This document shows, in pieces, positions 24,901 to 39,000 of a stretch of DNA of 64,000 bases. Position numbers and translations under genes: made by a program. Within the stretch, counting starts at the first letter, position 1. Each line of letters opens with the position of its first letter. Source of the stretch: Paraspadella gotoi (lineage: Eukaryota; Animalia; Chaetognatha); assembly GCA_051294375.1 (NCBI GenBank), contig JBJCIZ010000239.1, forward strand, positions 405,078 to 469,077, given 5' to 3'. The notes under the pieces were generated by a model. That model was not told the DNA's origin and did no database searches. It saw nothing but the letters and a program-made list of their open reading frames with translations.

Positions 24901-27349
24901 GACAGATCAACCGAGATATCTTAGACACGTCGCACCTTGTGTTTTCTTTCACTATAACCATGTGGTAACCTGCTCCATATTTTGACTTCAAAAACAATGA
25001 AGAACCGCAGCATTTCATTACACCGTTAGACATTATAGCTATCCGATTGCCAAGCACATCGGCTTCATCCATGAAGTGAGTAGTTAGCAATACCGTTCTT
25101 CCTTGCTTGTACTTTAATAAAACATCCCAAGTTTGTCTTCGAGCCGATGGATCCATCCCGGAGGTAGGCTCATCCAACATTACAACTTTAGGATTTCCAA
25201 TTAAAGCGATTCCAACAGACAGCTTTCTCTTCATTCCTCCCGATAGATTCTTAGCCAAGGAAAACTTTTTTGTTTCTAAATTTAAATCTTTCAAAATCTG
25301 ATTTATTTGTAAATCGAGAGTTACCTTTTCCAGGTGATTTCCTTTTAACTCGCCAAAAAAAACTAAGTGTTCGTAAACTGTAAGAGAGTCGAACAAGACA
25401 TCATGCTGAGGACAGAGGCCAATCGAATGACGAATGTCATCCATTTCATTTCGAATGTCAAAACCATTTATTATAGCAAATCCTGATGTTGGAGGATATT
25501 GACCAGTAAGCACGGACATGGTGGTACTTTTTCCTGCTCCATTGTGCCCAAGTAAGACTGTAATCTGACCTTCAAACATGTCAATGGATGTATTTTTTAC
25601 AGCAATCTTCGACCCAAAAACCTTTCTCAAATTTTTCATCTGAATACCCGCATTGAGACCAATTGGATTTTTTTCGAAATACTCGTCACTCTCATTCTTC
25701 GAAACTTCCTCAGAATTTTCTAAAATTTCTCTAGAATTAATTTTTTTCTGAATATTTTGTTTCCAACGCGGGCCGAACCAATAACTAGGGGAAACGGGAA
25801 AATACCACTTTTGCGGCACACCAAGCTCACCGGGAGCGATGCCTTCCACATACCAAGTTATTGTAGCGTACAAAAAAAAGTCGACAACGAGCATAACCAT
25901 AACGATTTGCATGCTAAAATTATCATCAACTGATGACGCCTGAGATAATGTTGCCCATTGCAGTCCACCTCCTTTTCCCTCAAACATTCCCATGACCTGA
26001 AAAAAAAAAATACCATAAACCTTAGCACAATTTAACGTAATTTATTACTATTTACTTACTTGACAACCATAAGCCATGTTGACATTCAATAAAAGCGACG
26101 TAACAATTTTGACCGTGTAAGAAATAGTTGCGTATCTTGGTTGTATAAAACCGTATGGTAAATAAGTTATAAACCATAAGACTCCCGCCGCTGCAGCGGC
26201 TGAGTTTGCTTTTTTGAAGAAAGTGGAGACCATGAAAGAGAAATTGATCGTCGCCATGCCATAAAGTAAAAGGAACATGAATACGCAAGTGGGATCGGAA
26301 TGTGGAATGACGCTACCGCGCGGTCCCAATTTAGCGGTCAGCAAAATCGTAATCAACGTAACGATGAGCAGAACGAAAAGGAAGCATTTGGAAAACCAAG
26401 CGGCCCAATGCATCCAGTTGGAGAGGCCCATTATCTTCATGGACTCCTTCAACTTTCTGTCCTTTTCGACGGTGACGTTTTTGACAATGTCCAAAACCAC
26501 AATTACCAAACTCATAACGAATATTAACGGGAATTGCAACTGAATGCTCGTCACAAAGATGTCGTCGGTGTAAGGCGGGTAAGGAATTCGTTTCAACTTG
26601 ACATCGATATCCGTCATGTTGTTTTCTTTAGCTTTTCCACTTTTGGAAGAAATGTATTCGGTTATTCCTTTGTTAAGGGCGTATTGAAGCGTCAAAAATC
26701 CTTCTCGCCAGTAACCAGGATCGCCTCCCTTGTCTTTTCCCTCTTCCCTCGGTCCCAACTTCTGGAACAAGGGAAACACGAAATTGGTTTTCCAATCCTT
26801 GTCGGTAGAGAACAATCCTTTGTTCTTGTTGTTTCTCGGTGAGTAGTTAAACCTGAGTCGATAGTCGATCTTCCAATTTGCATCATTGATGCCATCAAAA
26901 ACGATGCCGGCCAGAGGATTGTGCTTTGCAAGACCTTTTGCGGACAGCAACGCTGGGACGCCAGAAGCGAACAATGAAGGAGGAAAGACAGATTGACTGG
27001 CGATGTCGCTCAACATCTTTTCTTCGCTTTTATACCCGACGAATTTTAAATTTAAAAAGTTTTTGGTCGCGTTGATAATTTCATCTGTGGCTTCATTCTT
27101 TGGTGCGTAGAAGACCGAGTCGGGCGGATTTGAAGAAAAAGCCGGAAGCTGGTCGATATCAAAGGCTGGGTACAATCTGGGATCCGTTTCTGTACGCGGG
27201 GCTTTGATGGTCTGTCGAATGATCACCAATATGATGGAGAGCATCACCGGCAAGACGATCTCCAGTATTGTTACGACCCGCTGCCGCTTTTGCAGCAAAA
27301 AGTTCTTCCACAGCAACAGCCAAAACTTTCTCCAGTTGGAGGAAGCCAT
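21925..27349 (-). CDS. ABCA3: ABCA subfamily full transporter, ABCA3-like (TMD1-NBD1-TMD2-NBD2)
   Basis: ATG at 27349 (MASSNWRKFWLLLWKNFLLQKR). Exon 27349-26060, 63-nt intron 26059-25997 (gtaagt...tttcag), exon 25996-21925. NBD1: GHNGAGKST/LSGGMKRKL/DEPTSG. NBD2: GVNGAGKTT/FSGGNKRKL/DEPTTG. C-terminal SQTTLEQVF. One frame break near 24560. Orthology to ABCA3 is by resemblance, not tested. Confidence 0.92.
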
Positions 27350-28164
27350 CTGCAAAATGAAAAAGGTTTATTTTAATAATAAGAACAATATTTCGTTTGT
27401 ATCAATAATTTTAGAAAATATAAATGGACCAAAATAATAAAACTTAGGCCCCCGTTGAAAGTGGTAAACATTAAGAGCAAAAGAATGATTTATTTTTTTA
27501 CATTTGCTGTACGAATTTCAATACATTGAAATTATAATCAATGCACGAGAGTAACCGCAGCGGATTCAGAAGTAAAACAGTTGATCTTATTGCGCAATTC
27601 TGTATTTTCATCGAGTGCAAAGTCAATTTTTTGTGTTGTCGTCGAGACGAAAGAGCAGACGATTTTCCGAGGTTCCTGCAGCGTCGGCATGCGGCGTGGG
27701 CTGCGGCGCTCGCTCCTGCACCGGGTTTAGCTTTTTCTTGTATTATGTAACAAAAAAAAAAAGAAGAGAGACAGAGAGAGAGAGTGAGTGAGTGAGTGAT
27801 TATTAGTCATCTAAAAGTTACGAATCAAAAGATTCTGATCACATGAAAAGCGATACAGCCCGTAGGCGTTTGACTCAAAAAGCTAAAAATAACACAAAAA
27901 ATCTTTACTTATTCGTTCGCCGATTATCACACAATCAGTTAGCGGCCTTAAACATTTATCAAAACCTCTAAATGATCATTTATCCTTTTTAAAAGCTTCG
28001 TGCGATTGTCCTTCTAGTTTAACCTGGTCAAAGTGACGTCAACTCGTTGCGACGCTCGCCACGCCCCCCCGTCTCGATGACCGGCGCGTTAACGATGCCT
28101 TCGAACGCGAACCGCGAAACGAAAACCCATTGCCCTCTCAAGAGTAAAATAGGTCAATGAGCGC

Positions 28165-28740
28165 GAGGATGACGACGATGACGACGACGATGACGACCAT
28201 GATGACGGATGACGACTAATGAGGACGATGATGAGGACGATGACGACGATGACGAAACATGATGACGATGAGGACGACGATGACGATGATATTAACGATG
28301 AGGACGATGATGACCGACAATGAGGACGACGATGACGATGATGATGACGAGATGATGACCGATGACGACCATGATGACCATGATGACGATGAGGATGACG
28401 ACGATGACAATGACGATGAGAAATGACGATAGAACAATTGACGATGGAGAACGATGACGAAGAATGATGACTAGATGACGACCATGTGACATGAGGACAA
28501 TGATGACAATGAACGACGATGATGAAGACGCCCATAAGACGACCATGACGACGATGAAGATGATGTCGACGGAGGCAATGGCGACGACGATGACCCTGAC
28601 GATGATAATGACGACCAAGATGAACCCAACGACAATGACAAAAATGACCCCGTCGAGAATGACAAAATTGATATCGACGAGAATGATGATGACCAAGATG
28701 ATGACAAAAATGACATTAACGACAATGATGATGACACAAA
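28165..28740. repeat. Degenerate (GAT/GAC)n trinucleotide tract upstream of ABCA
   Basis: gatgacgacgat arrays that generate spurious overlapping ORFs; duplicated at 42290-42880. Confidence 0.8.
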
Positions 28741-31031
28741 TATAGGNNNNNNNNNNGCCCTTAACGACTATGACGATCTCCAGGAGGAGATATCATTAAG
28801 GGAACTTGACAAAGATAGAAATTAAAATGACGATATAATCTTGACAAATATTGCAATTANNNNNNNNNNNNNNNNNNNNNNNNNNNNNNNNNNNNNNNNN
28901 NNNNNNNNNNNNNNNNNNNNNNNNNNNNNNNNNNNNNNNNNNNNNNNNNNNNNNNNNNNNNNNNNNNNNNNNNNNNNNNNNNNNNNNNNNNNNNNNNNNN
29001 NNNNNNNNNNNNNNNNNNNNNNNNNNNNNNNAAACAAACAACAAAAACAAAGGCTTAATACAATATGCATTTCGTATTATGAACTTAAAACGGATAAAAG
29101 ACGCAAATCACGTTATCAAAAGATAATGACAAACACTGATGACATTGANNNNNNNNNNNNNNNNNNNNNNNNNNNNNNNNNNNNNNNNNNNNNNNNNNNN
29201 NNNNNNNNNNNNNNNNNNNNNNNNNNNNNNNNNNNNNAAATTTTCTTTCTTTCTTTCTTTTTTTTCCAAAGTCGTAAACCTTTATTTTTAATCTAATTGT
29301 TTGACGTCATATTTTTTCTCTCTTTGTCTCTTCTCTATTCTTTTTTATTGCTTATGTTTTTCTCTTCTTTCTGACGTTCTAATACTAAATTATGTACTTT
29401 TACTCTTTGTTTTCTGTTTTCTCTCTTTTTATCTTTCTTTCATATTCTGTCTCTCTCTTTCTCCCTCCTTTCCCTCCTTCAAGTTGGAGAATTTATGGGC
29501 AGTTCGATTCTGAGGCGCTAAACAATGGTTAATTATTGTTTTACTAATAATTAATTGATTTATGAATTTATTGATCAATTCGTAATTCATCAATATTTTA
29601 TTCTTATTCTTTATTCATTCATTCTATATTCATTCATTTTTCATTCACACGTTCTTTCGTGGTTCCTTCATTCATTAATTTATGCATTGAATCATCCATT
29701 AAAACGTTAACTCTTTGCTTGTTATTCATTCACTCCATTAGCCAATTAATTTATTCATTCACAATTGTATTAATCATTTTTTATCTCACTCTCTAATGCA
29801 TTAATTCATTCATTCATTCATTCATTCATTCATTCATTCATTCATTCATTCATCCATTCATTCATTCATTAATTCATTCATTCATTTATTCCTTCATTCA
29901 TTCATTCATTCATTCATTCATTCATTCATTCATTTATTCATTCATTCATCATTCATTAATTCATTCATTCATCAATCCTTTATCTTCCCATGTTGATCTC
30001 TTTTCACATCTTCGAATGCTCCTCCCAAAATGCGTCGCAAAACATTCGCCCTTCATGTTCTACTGGTTTTTCTTTCGTGATCCGAAACCAATTTTTTTAT
30101 CACCTTTATCTTTCACAATCGAGTTGTTAGTTAAAAGGAAAAGATTAAACATTTGTTTACGATTCGGACGAGATAAATGTACATCGGTGTTAGGATGAAG
30201 GGCGGACGTAATAGCCGAAGGAAATCGGATCCATCACTCGTTCTCGTTTGGGTTATGTATTTTTAACTTGGAGGAACGGAAGCGGAACATCTTTAAATAG
30301 CCGGAAAACAAAGATACGGTATTATTTACTGTTTTATGTTTATTGACAGATAGATAACATTAATTAAAAATTTTAATATGATAGTACTATATTTTTTTAA
30401 TAATAAAAAAAAAAAAATAAACTGCTTGGAAGATATTTTGTGAACTCGGGAATGGACATATTTCCCAGGTCATCTTAGTTGACCTTTTTCGGACTCGTCT
30501 TTTTCACCATCGTTGTCGCTTTCTCGTGTTTTTTCTTTTAGCCGAAAACCTCGTCACTTGTTATTCGAACAAAATCGTTTCGCAGGAAAGATTTTCAATT
30601 ATTGCACGACATTAAAATTTCCCCATTTGTTTAATTCTAAAGATTAAGCTTATTCGAGCCGTGGCCTCTTCCTCAATGATAATATAATAAATAAATAATA
30701 AAATAATATAAATGATATAAATAATAATATAAATATAAAACATTTTCTACACTGCTGTTTTAAATAAAACTCACGAGGCGGAAATATTCCGAACCCGTCC
30801 CTCGACATTTTTACAACTGCTATTGTCTTGTTTATTTATTTTACACTCGGTTTATTCCCCGCGATTGGCTTGGCGATGGAGCGACGGTGCTTGGCGTCAA
30901 CCAAGCGGACGCTCCGCGTTACGTTCCGCTCCTCTCGACTCTCTCTCTGTCTCTCTCGCTCGTTGAAACAGCGAAGAGACGGAAAGTGGATGGAGACGAC
31001 AAGCACTCTGACACTAAGGTAAATATCAAAA

Positions 31032-31091
<60 letters not shown>

Positions 31092-31154
31092 CAATGAGGG
31101 GATGGTCTTTTCATGGTTTGGTTTTGTGAGGGCAAAAATATAGTAGGAGTCAAG

Positions 31155-31205
<51 letters not shown>

Positions 31206-31231
31206 CAGAAATAAAGAAAAAAAAGATGAGC

Positions 31232-31274
<43 letters not shown>

Positions 31275-31947
31275 AGAGAGAGACAGAGAGAGAGAGAGAA
31301 AGACAGATAGAAAGAGAACCAAGAGTATCTAAGAGCCATTATTCAGTTTTAAAGCAAGAGGCGAGCAAAAAATTAATTGTTGATTAATAAAATTAACTAA
31401 TACATGTAAAATTATACGCTTTGTCATTCTGTCAAAGTAACTAATTTATATTCGCATATTTATATTGCGTATTTTGAATCGTTAATTAGTTTTTCCTGTT
31501 AAAACTATTAAAAAAAATGACGCATATTTTTCTTTACATACATTAACATTAAGTTTTCGCGTGAAAAGTATTTACCAAAAAAAAAAACAAAAAAAAAAAA
31601 CAAACATTTTTTTTGGAGAAACAAAAGAGAGGCTATGTCGCTAATTTACTAAACTTGAATTTTTAAACGAACAACTATGTTTTTGAACGAAATACGAACT
31701 TTTTTTAACGACGAAGACGACTATAACGACTATGTAGAAGACAGCGACGACGACGAAAACACCGAAGATGACAGCGACGACGACGAAACAACGACGATGA
31801 CAACGATGCAATGACAGCAACAATCTGCCGGAAAGTAAACACCTTTTTTTTTTCCTTCGCGTCAAGAGTCGAATTGCAACTGGGATTTAGAGGAGGATTT
31901 TCTCGCTGAAGAGGACGAGAGAGAGAGAGAGAAGAAGAGAGAGAGGA

Positions 31948-31995
<48 letters not shown>

Positions 31996-32225
31996 ATTTT
32001 TGTTGTCGTCGTTGTCAAGTCGTCCAGGACTTAGTCCGACTTAACCCACGGAGAAAAAAACTAATGGACAAATGGCGAGATGGCGAGCGGGAGAGAGGAG
32101 AGAGAGGAAGAGAGATAGAAGTAAGAGAGAGAGAGAGAGGGCAGAGAGAGAATTGCAAAGAGAGCGAGTGAGGGAGAGAGGAGATAAATTGTTAGAGAGC
32201 GAGAAGAGAGAGAGAGAGAGAGAAG

Positions 32226-32283
<58 letters not shown>

Positions 32284-33331
32284 CGAGTGAAAGGAAAGAG
32301 GGAGAGAGAGAGAGAGGGGAGAGGCGAGAAGACAATTGTAAGAGAGAGAGCGAGAGAGAGAGAGAGAAAGAGAAAGAGGGGGTGAGATGGCAAGATGGCG
32401 AAAGATCGAGAGATTGAGATGGCAAAAACGGCATTTTACTCCGTAAAACTTTCACCATGTCGCTATATCAATATATCATATTACCTTCTTAACGCGACCT
32501 CACAACGCATTTTCCCTCACCCTCACCGCATCACCCTTTCTCATTCCGCGATCTTTTCACGCGTTCGCGGTGAAACAGATAAGAAAAAAAAAAATCACAA
32601 AAAAAAAAAAAAAAATTCCCGCAGCCGCGAAAAATTGAAATTTGAAAAGGGGACGGGTTGGGGGGTGGGGGTAGCGGAAAGGGTCGGGGATTGAGTGGGT
32701 AATGTCGGCTCCACATTGTCTGTTTAAGGAGTCCAATTAGAGGGATAGGGAATAAAACAATCACGTAAACCTGATCTAATCTTAAACCCTAATACTCACC
32801 CAAATCCCCCAATCTTAATCTAACACTAATCCTACCTAATCTAACCCTAATCCTAAACTATCCCTGATCTAATCTTAAACCCTAATCCTAATCATAACCC
32901 TAATCTTAACTCTAATTCTAACCCTAACCCTATCCTATTCCTAATCCTAAACCCCTAATCTCTAACCCTTAAAAGCTATCTCAAACCTAAATCCTTAATC
33001 CTAATCTCAAACCAAATTTATTAACCGGATATCCAAAACGTTTAATCTTTTCATTAATTGATTCCGAATTTAGGATAAAAAGGGTCGTTCTGGGAATATA
33101 AGGCCGGAGTGTCCTCCTTTCCAGACGGCGCCGCGTCAACGAGTTTCACGCTTCGCGCTCTCTCGGTTTTTTTTTTCGGCTCGGATTGTTGTTGTTGTTC
33201 TAGAGATTGTTGTTGTTGTTGTTGTCTCTCATATTCGTCGTCATCGAAGTAAGGATCGCATATTTTTTTCCTCCGTGGTTTTTTTATGAAATTGGTAACA
33301 TCATATATATATTTTTATGTCTTCTCTCTCT

Positions 33332-33391
<60 letters not shown>

Positions 33392-33698
33392 AAATCGTAC
33401 AACGGAAATAAGTATTACGCTTCCAATTTTTTCTAAGGCATATCAAAGAAGAGTACAAACGGCTGCTTGTTCGTTTTCTATGATGAAATTATTATGAAAC
33501 AGATCGAATATACAAGAAATAAACAAAGAAAAGTAAAAATCTCACAACAAATCTTCCATCTGTGTGAATCTCAGCGTTTGTGGAAGGCGAAGGCGTGAAC
33601 CGAAAAAAACAAAGCAAAGATGTTCACGGCGTGAAAAATAAAAAAAACACGGATATAGATTTATCGAGAGAGAGAAGAGTTAGAGAGAGAGAGAGAGG

Positions 33699-33781
<83 letters not shown>

Positions 33782-34465
33782 AGTTAATATTCAACTTCTC
33801 TCCAAAGACGACGAAAGCATCTGGAAATAATCGAATGTTTTGATATCAATCGAGAGATTGTGTTGCTAAGAGAGATTCGGAACAGACGATTATCTCACCT
33901 CGACAGAATCTTTGAAGCGAGAAAATTTCGTTTTATTTTTTTAAATTTAAATTCGATATTAGGGTGAAAATGTTTCCCGACTGTCGACGCCTTCGTTGTT
34001 AATTTCGTTGTTGGTTTTTAATTATCGTTTGAACGGCCGCTCGTGAGCTGGACGTCGCAGAGCCCTTGTCGGTGAATCGAAATAACTTTAAGCCTATTAC
34101 GCTTTTATTATTTTAACAGTATATTCTTTTTCCTGTTTTTTTTTTGTTGGTTGTCGGTCTGTCTGATTATCTGTCTATTCTGTTCACATTTAAAACACGC
34201 TGCAGTTATGTTCTTAAATCTTGGAAAAAGTTCGACGGAGAGCTTTTTTTTTTCCTCTTTTTGTGAATTTCCGGGATCATCTGGAATAAATGCATAATTT
34301 CTATATTTTTACAATTAAACAGGTTTGTCGGGTTGTTAAACATAAGTTCTAGTTTTTTCATTCTCGAATGTTTTGCTTTTTGACCCAAAACGATACAAAA
34401 AAGGGTTTATATGACGGAGGAAGAGAGAGAGAGAGGGGGAGAGAGAGAGAGAAGAGAGAGAGAGA

Positions 34466-34504
<39 letters not shown>

Positions 34505-36008
34505 AGAGAGAGAATTTTTTGTCACAAGTGAGTCAAAGATGATCGGTTTCGTCAAAAATCCTTTCTCGCCTTTCAAGTCGAACTTTCCGCGTCACCTTTC
34601 GTCAATTTCCTCTCCTCTCTGTCAGATCCAGTCTCTGTCTCTGTCAGCGAAGAGTCCACCTGCCGTGACGTCATCGGTTGCACCCACAATCTTTTCACCA
34701 TCGGAGAGAATGAACGTTTCGCGAAAACAAAATCCTTTTCTCACGTGTAAAAAATGTTGAAAAAGTAATTACGTGAAAAATAATCATTTAATTCGTCAAT
34801 TAGTCGAAACGACTAATGATGGTAATTTTGTTTTTTCCATTTTTCCCTGTTCTATCTTTTTATATCCTCAAGAAATTGGTAAATATCATCCATTCATTTA
34901 ATAAATAAGCGATCTTGCCAATGACTGTTGACATGCTATGATTCCCTATTACAAGTTAAGAATAGCAAAAAGCTTAAAACTTTCAATCTAATTTATTCAG
35001 TCTAAACTATTTACTCTATCAATTAAATTATTTAATATTTCAAAAAAAAGTAAACAATTGAATAAAAGGAGTTATATTATAATTATATGGACGAGTTGTC
35101 GTCGTCAGGCGCCGCAGCAGACGGTTCGCGGCTCGAGTGACAGGCGAAAAAAAAAACTTGGTCAATATGACATCAACAAGCCGGTCTTCACACCTCACAA
35201 CAACCGAAACGCCGCATCAGGTTGTGAATAAAATTAGTTGAATCACAGATATCGTGTGAATACTTTAATTTCGAACCAGGGAACAAGATAAATGAAACAG
35301 AGCAGATTCCGTGTATTATTTTGTAACATAGAAAATAAAATAAGCAATTGAATCTTTATAGATTTTCAACGCCGAAGAAGAAAGTAATTTGGATCGTCTG
35401 ACTCTGATTAGATACGGATCGCAATAACTTTACCTAAATTGGAATTATTTTTGTTATGGTTTCGTTCACAAACGTAAACCAATTTTTTTTAATCTTTAAA
35501 TATGAATGCCACGTTGTACAATTAGCCAATTCGATTCCGTTCGCCTTTTCTGTGTGGAATTCTATTTATAAAAAAATCTTAATGAAGGTCTGGAATCTCG
35601 GCGCCCAAAGTGTAATCTGAACTTCTTACTCTTGATTTATAGTTTCAATTTTTAATTTGAAAAAAGGTTTCACTTTCTGCTTTAACAGAAATTTTCCGGT
35701 TTGACATCACTTGAAATACTACTGTACCACTAAAAATACCACGATAAAATTAACTTTTGGTTTTATTCACATTAAGTTATTGTAAAAAAAAATAAAGATA
35801 ATGTGTCATCATTTATTTTTATCCGAATAGTGTAACATTTTTCTTTGGAATGTGAGAGTCTACAGATCAAAAAAAAAAAAAATTAAAAAAAAAAAAAACC
35901 AAAAAAACAACTTAAAAAAAAATACTAAGTCTATGTAAACATTTGCACTAACGATTTGCACAAATAATAATAATTAAAAAAAAAAAAACAAACTCCGAAA
36001 CGATCACA

Positions 36009-39000
36009 CTAATCCGATTTGTTTCCGCGTTTTGATCCGAGCGAAATGAGGAAAACTTGGCCAACGTAGTTTGCGAAACGGAATAATCTCGATATTAAAT
36101 TCTTCCCTCGCGCTCTCGATCCTATCGAAAACCTCGCCCACGATACGTCACGCCTCGAGGTCGAGGGATGTTTCGGGAATCCAGTAATGAATCAAACCCT
36201 GATGCTCGTCCTTCAATTGCGCACCCGGAAATGATTCGTCGAGAAACTCCATCAACCGCGCGAGACCTTTGGCGTCGGTGCCATTGGTTCCACGCTTTCC
36301 GTTTGCGTTGGTGCCCCAATTCTGGCCATCACCGTGTACCCGTTTCCGAATTTATTTTTCAAATGTTGACAAACTTCCTATGCATTTGAATATCCCATTG
36401 ACCATAATGGCCATGCGGGTGCACAATGCTCGCACTCGTCCATACTGTCGATGTGAGAATGAAGCTCTGATTACCTCGTTCTCTGATGGAAGACAGGTAT
36501 CCCAAAGCAGCCTCTTGCTAACTGGGCTCCATCCCGGTAGTAGCTCGTCCAAAAGGACAATGTCTGGACTACCCACCAACGCAATGGTGTTGACAGTTTT
36601 CTTTATTTCCACCTGAAAAATTTTTCGTGTATTTGTGGATGTGTTTTCCTCGAGAAGAAGAGCACTCACCAAGTGTTTGATCATATCTGGATCATGGTTC
36701 TCTTAATGCCTTTCAACCTGGCATACATTGTGAGCGTTTCCCACCCGGTCATTGGTCTATGAGGGCATCGAATTGAGGACAGTAGCCCATACGTTGTTGG
36801 ACCCTCTTAATTTGATTTGATGTCGACCACCAACATAGCCATTACCATCTGTTATTGTTCATCACCGGTTAGCATTTTGAAAAGTGGTCGTTTTTCCAGC
36901 TTCCATTAACGCCGAGAAGTCCGAAACATCTCCCTTTGAATGGCCAATGATAATTCGTTCACTGCTAGAAATTCGCCATATTTTTTAGTGAGCGAATCTA
37001 GAATTATCGCATTACTTCACTCAGTCAATTTGTTAGTTCGATCATGTTTCAATTCTGAGTTTTTCACTGTTGACATCTTCGTCGACGCTGAGAAGTTCGC
37101 GACAATCCGTGAGACGAAATCTCTCACAAGAGTTGGTTCAGATGCACCCTGTGGACGAACTCTTTCCCAGAAACCGCCAGAGACGAAAGGGCATTTCTGC
37201 ACCTCCTCTGATACTGTAGAAAGTACCCCTGAGAACCTGTGATTCATAGATCATCAGAATTGAAAAAAAGTCGCCGATGCGAGACATAGAAGAATACTTC
37301 TCGGCGATTCCAGGTTTTTCCCACGACAAATAATTGTCATTGAATTTGGCACACATATCTCCACAATTTTTTTGGACAACATGGAAACGGTTCCGTCATG
37401 AGAGCGCAAAAGAATCCAAGGGATATGTTGTAGGCTTCAAAAAGTCGTGGCATGTTTTGTTAAAATTATAATTGTTGTAAACGTCATTAATCCTGCCCAA
37501 GAGCAAAGCCGGGAAAGAGCAAAAAAATCCATTCTAATAGATCTGTTTCATCTTGCGTTCCGAGGTCAGGAATGGATAATATAGCATTTGTAAGCAGAGT
37601 AACGACTCCAGTGAAAATATTGAACATCACTAATTTGACAAAGCCCCGATGTGGGTACATCAAAACGAAAGAAAATAAATAGACCATTGGTAGTTGAGCA
37701 AACGCATAACAAAAAGTAGTAAAAACACATACGCAAGATTGTCTTTGTAAAGATATGCTGGATGTCAAAAGGAAAAAGACTAAAAACAACTAGAACGGTG
37801 GGAATCAAGAAATTTATAAAATCCCAGAGAAAAGTCGATAACAAAAAATTGACGAAATGAACGCCCGCGACGATTTGTAATGTGCTTGCTTTGGAGACTC
37901 TTTCCCTGATTAGGAATACTGCAAATGATGAACTGAGAAACACATTCGACATTAGATTAATGACAGAACAAAGGAATCAAAATTCTTTGTTTGTTCGTCA
38001 GAACCTGATCTCTCGCAGTACGCGGGAGTGGATGTTAGTCGCATTAAGGGCGCTAAAATTACATCCACGATGTAAGACAGAATTGAATTCATTAAGATCT
38101 CGAGTGAAATTGCTGGGGTGTGAAATCCTGATCGTTAAAAAAATCCTATGGCTTTTTTACTTCATTTGCCTCGAAATAAGGCACCAACTATGTAGTGATC
38201 ATTTAAGTATGAAACACCATCCGATGCTGCTATTTCTACAAGATATTCATCAATAATTGATTATTAGTTTGTTTTGTATCTCATGATCATTTTTTACATA
38301 AACCGGTTGTCTTTAGTATTTCTAAATGATCAGCATATTTATATTCAGTAGAGAAGCATTACTTTTATCTGAGGTATATTCATTATATGTATAATGAAAA
38401 AACTTTTTCTAGATTCAAAGCATGGAGGCAAATCACCCGGCTTTGGAACGTTTTCATCACTAGAAGTGCGTTGCCAGGTAAAGGCTGAATTATCAATTGC
38501 GCAAATGAAATAGCCAATTCCGTTTGTATGTAAAACTCGCTTGAGAAACATGGCATAAAATTGTTTGAAATAAAGTTTCAAACCAAAGTTTCTGGTTTCC
38601 TGCCTGATGTTATCCATTGTCTCTGGTTTGAATAAAGTGAATTAGCTGTGTGTTTGTATGCCTTCAACTTCAAAAATTTGGATTTTCGAAAGCGGTATCA
38701 TTTTGAGCTGGCGTAGTCTGTCGAATTTTTTGTGTTAATGTTTCATCCTCTTCTTCTCCACGCGCATGAAAACCTCCTCCATTGTTGTAATTGATGCTCC
38801 ATAGCTCATGATACCCAAAACCTTTTCTTATTAGCTTCAAGATAAGAAAACAGTTGAGCAAAACTGAAGAACTCTCTTTGGAAGAATGAAGGACAACTCC
38901 GCACTAATGTACTTTCCAACTGTGCTTGAGGGACATGATGAAGATCAACCGAGATATCTAGACACGTCGCACCTTGTGTTTTCTTTCACATATAACCATG

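Noticed and set aside
28089-28745. Overlapping His/Ser/Val/Asp-rich ORFs
   Set aside because: Degenerate GAT/GAC repeat that is open in several frames by composition.
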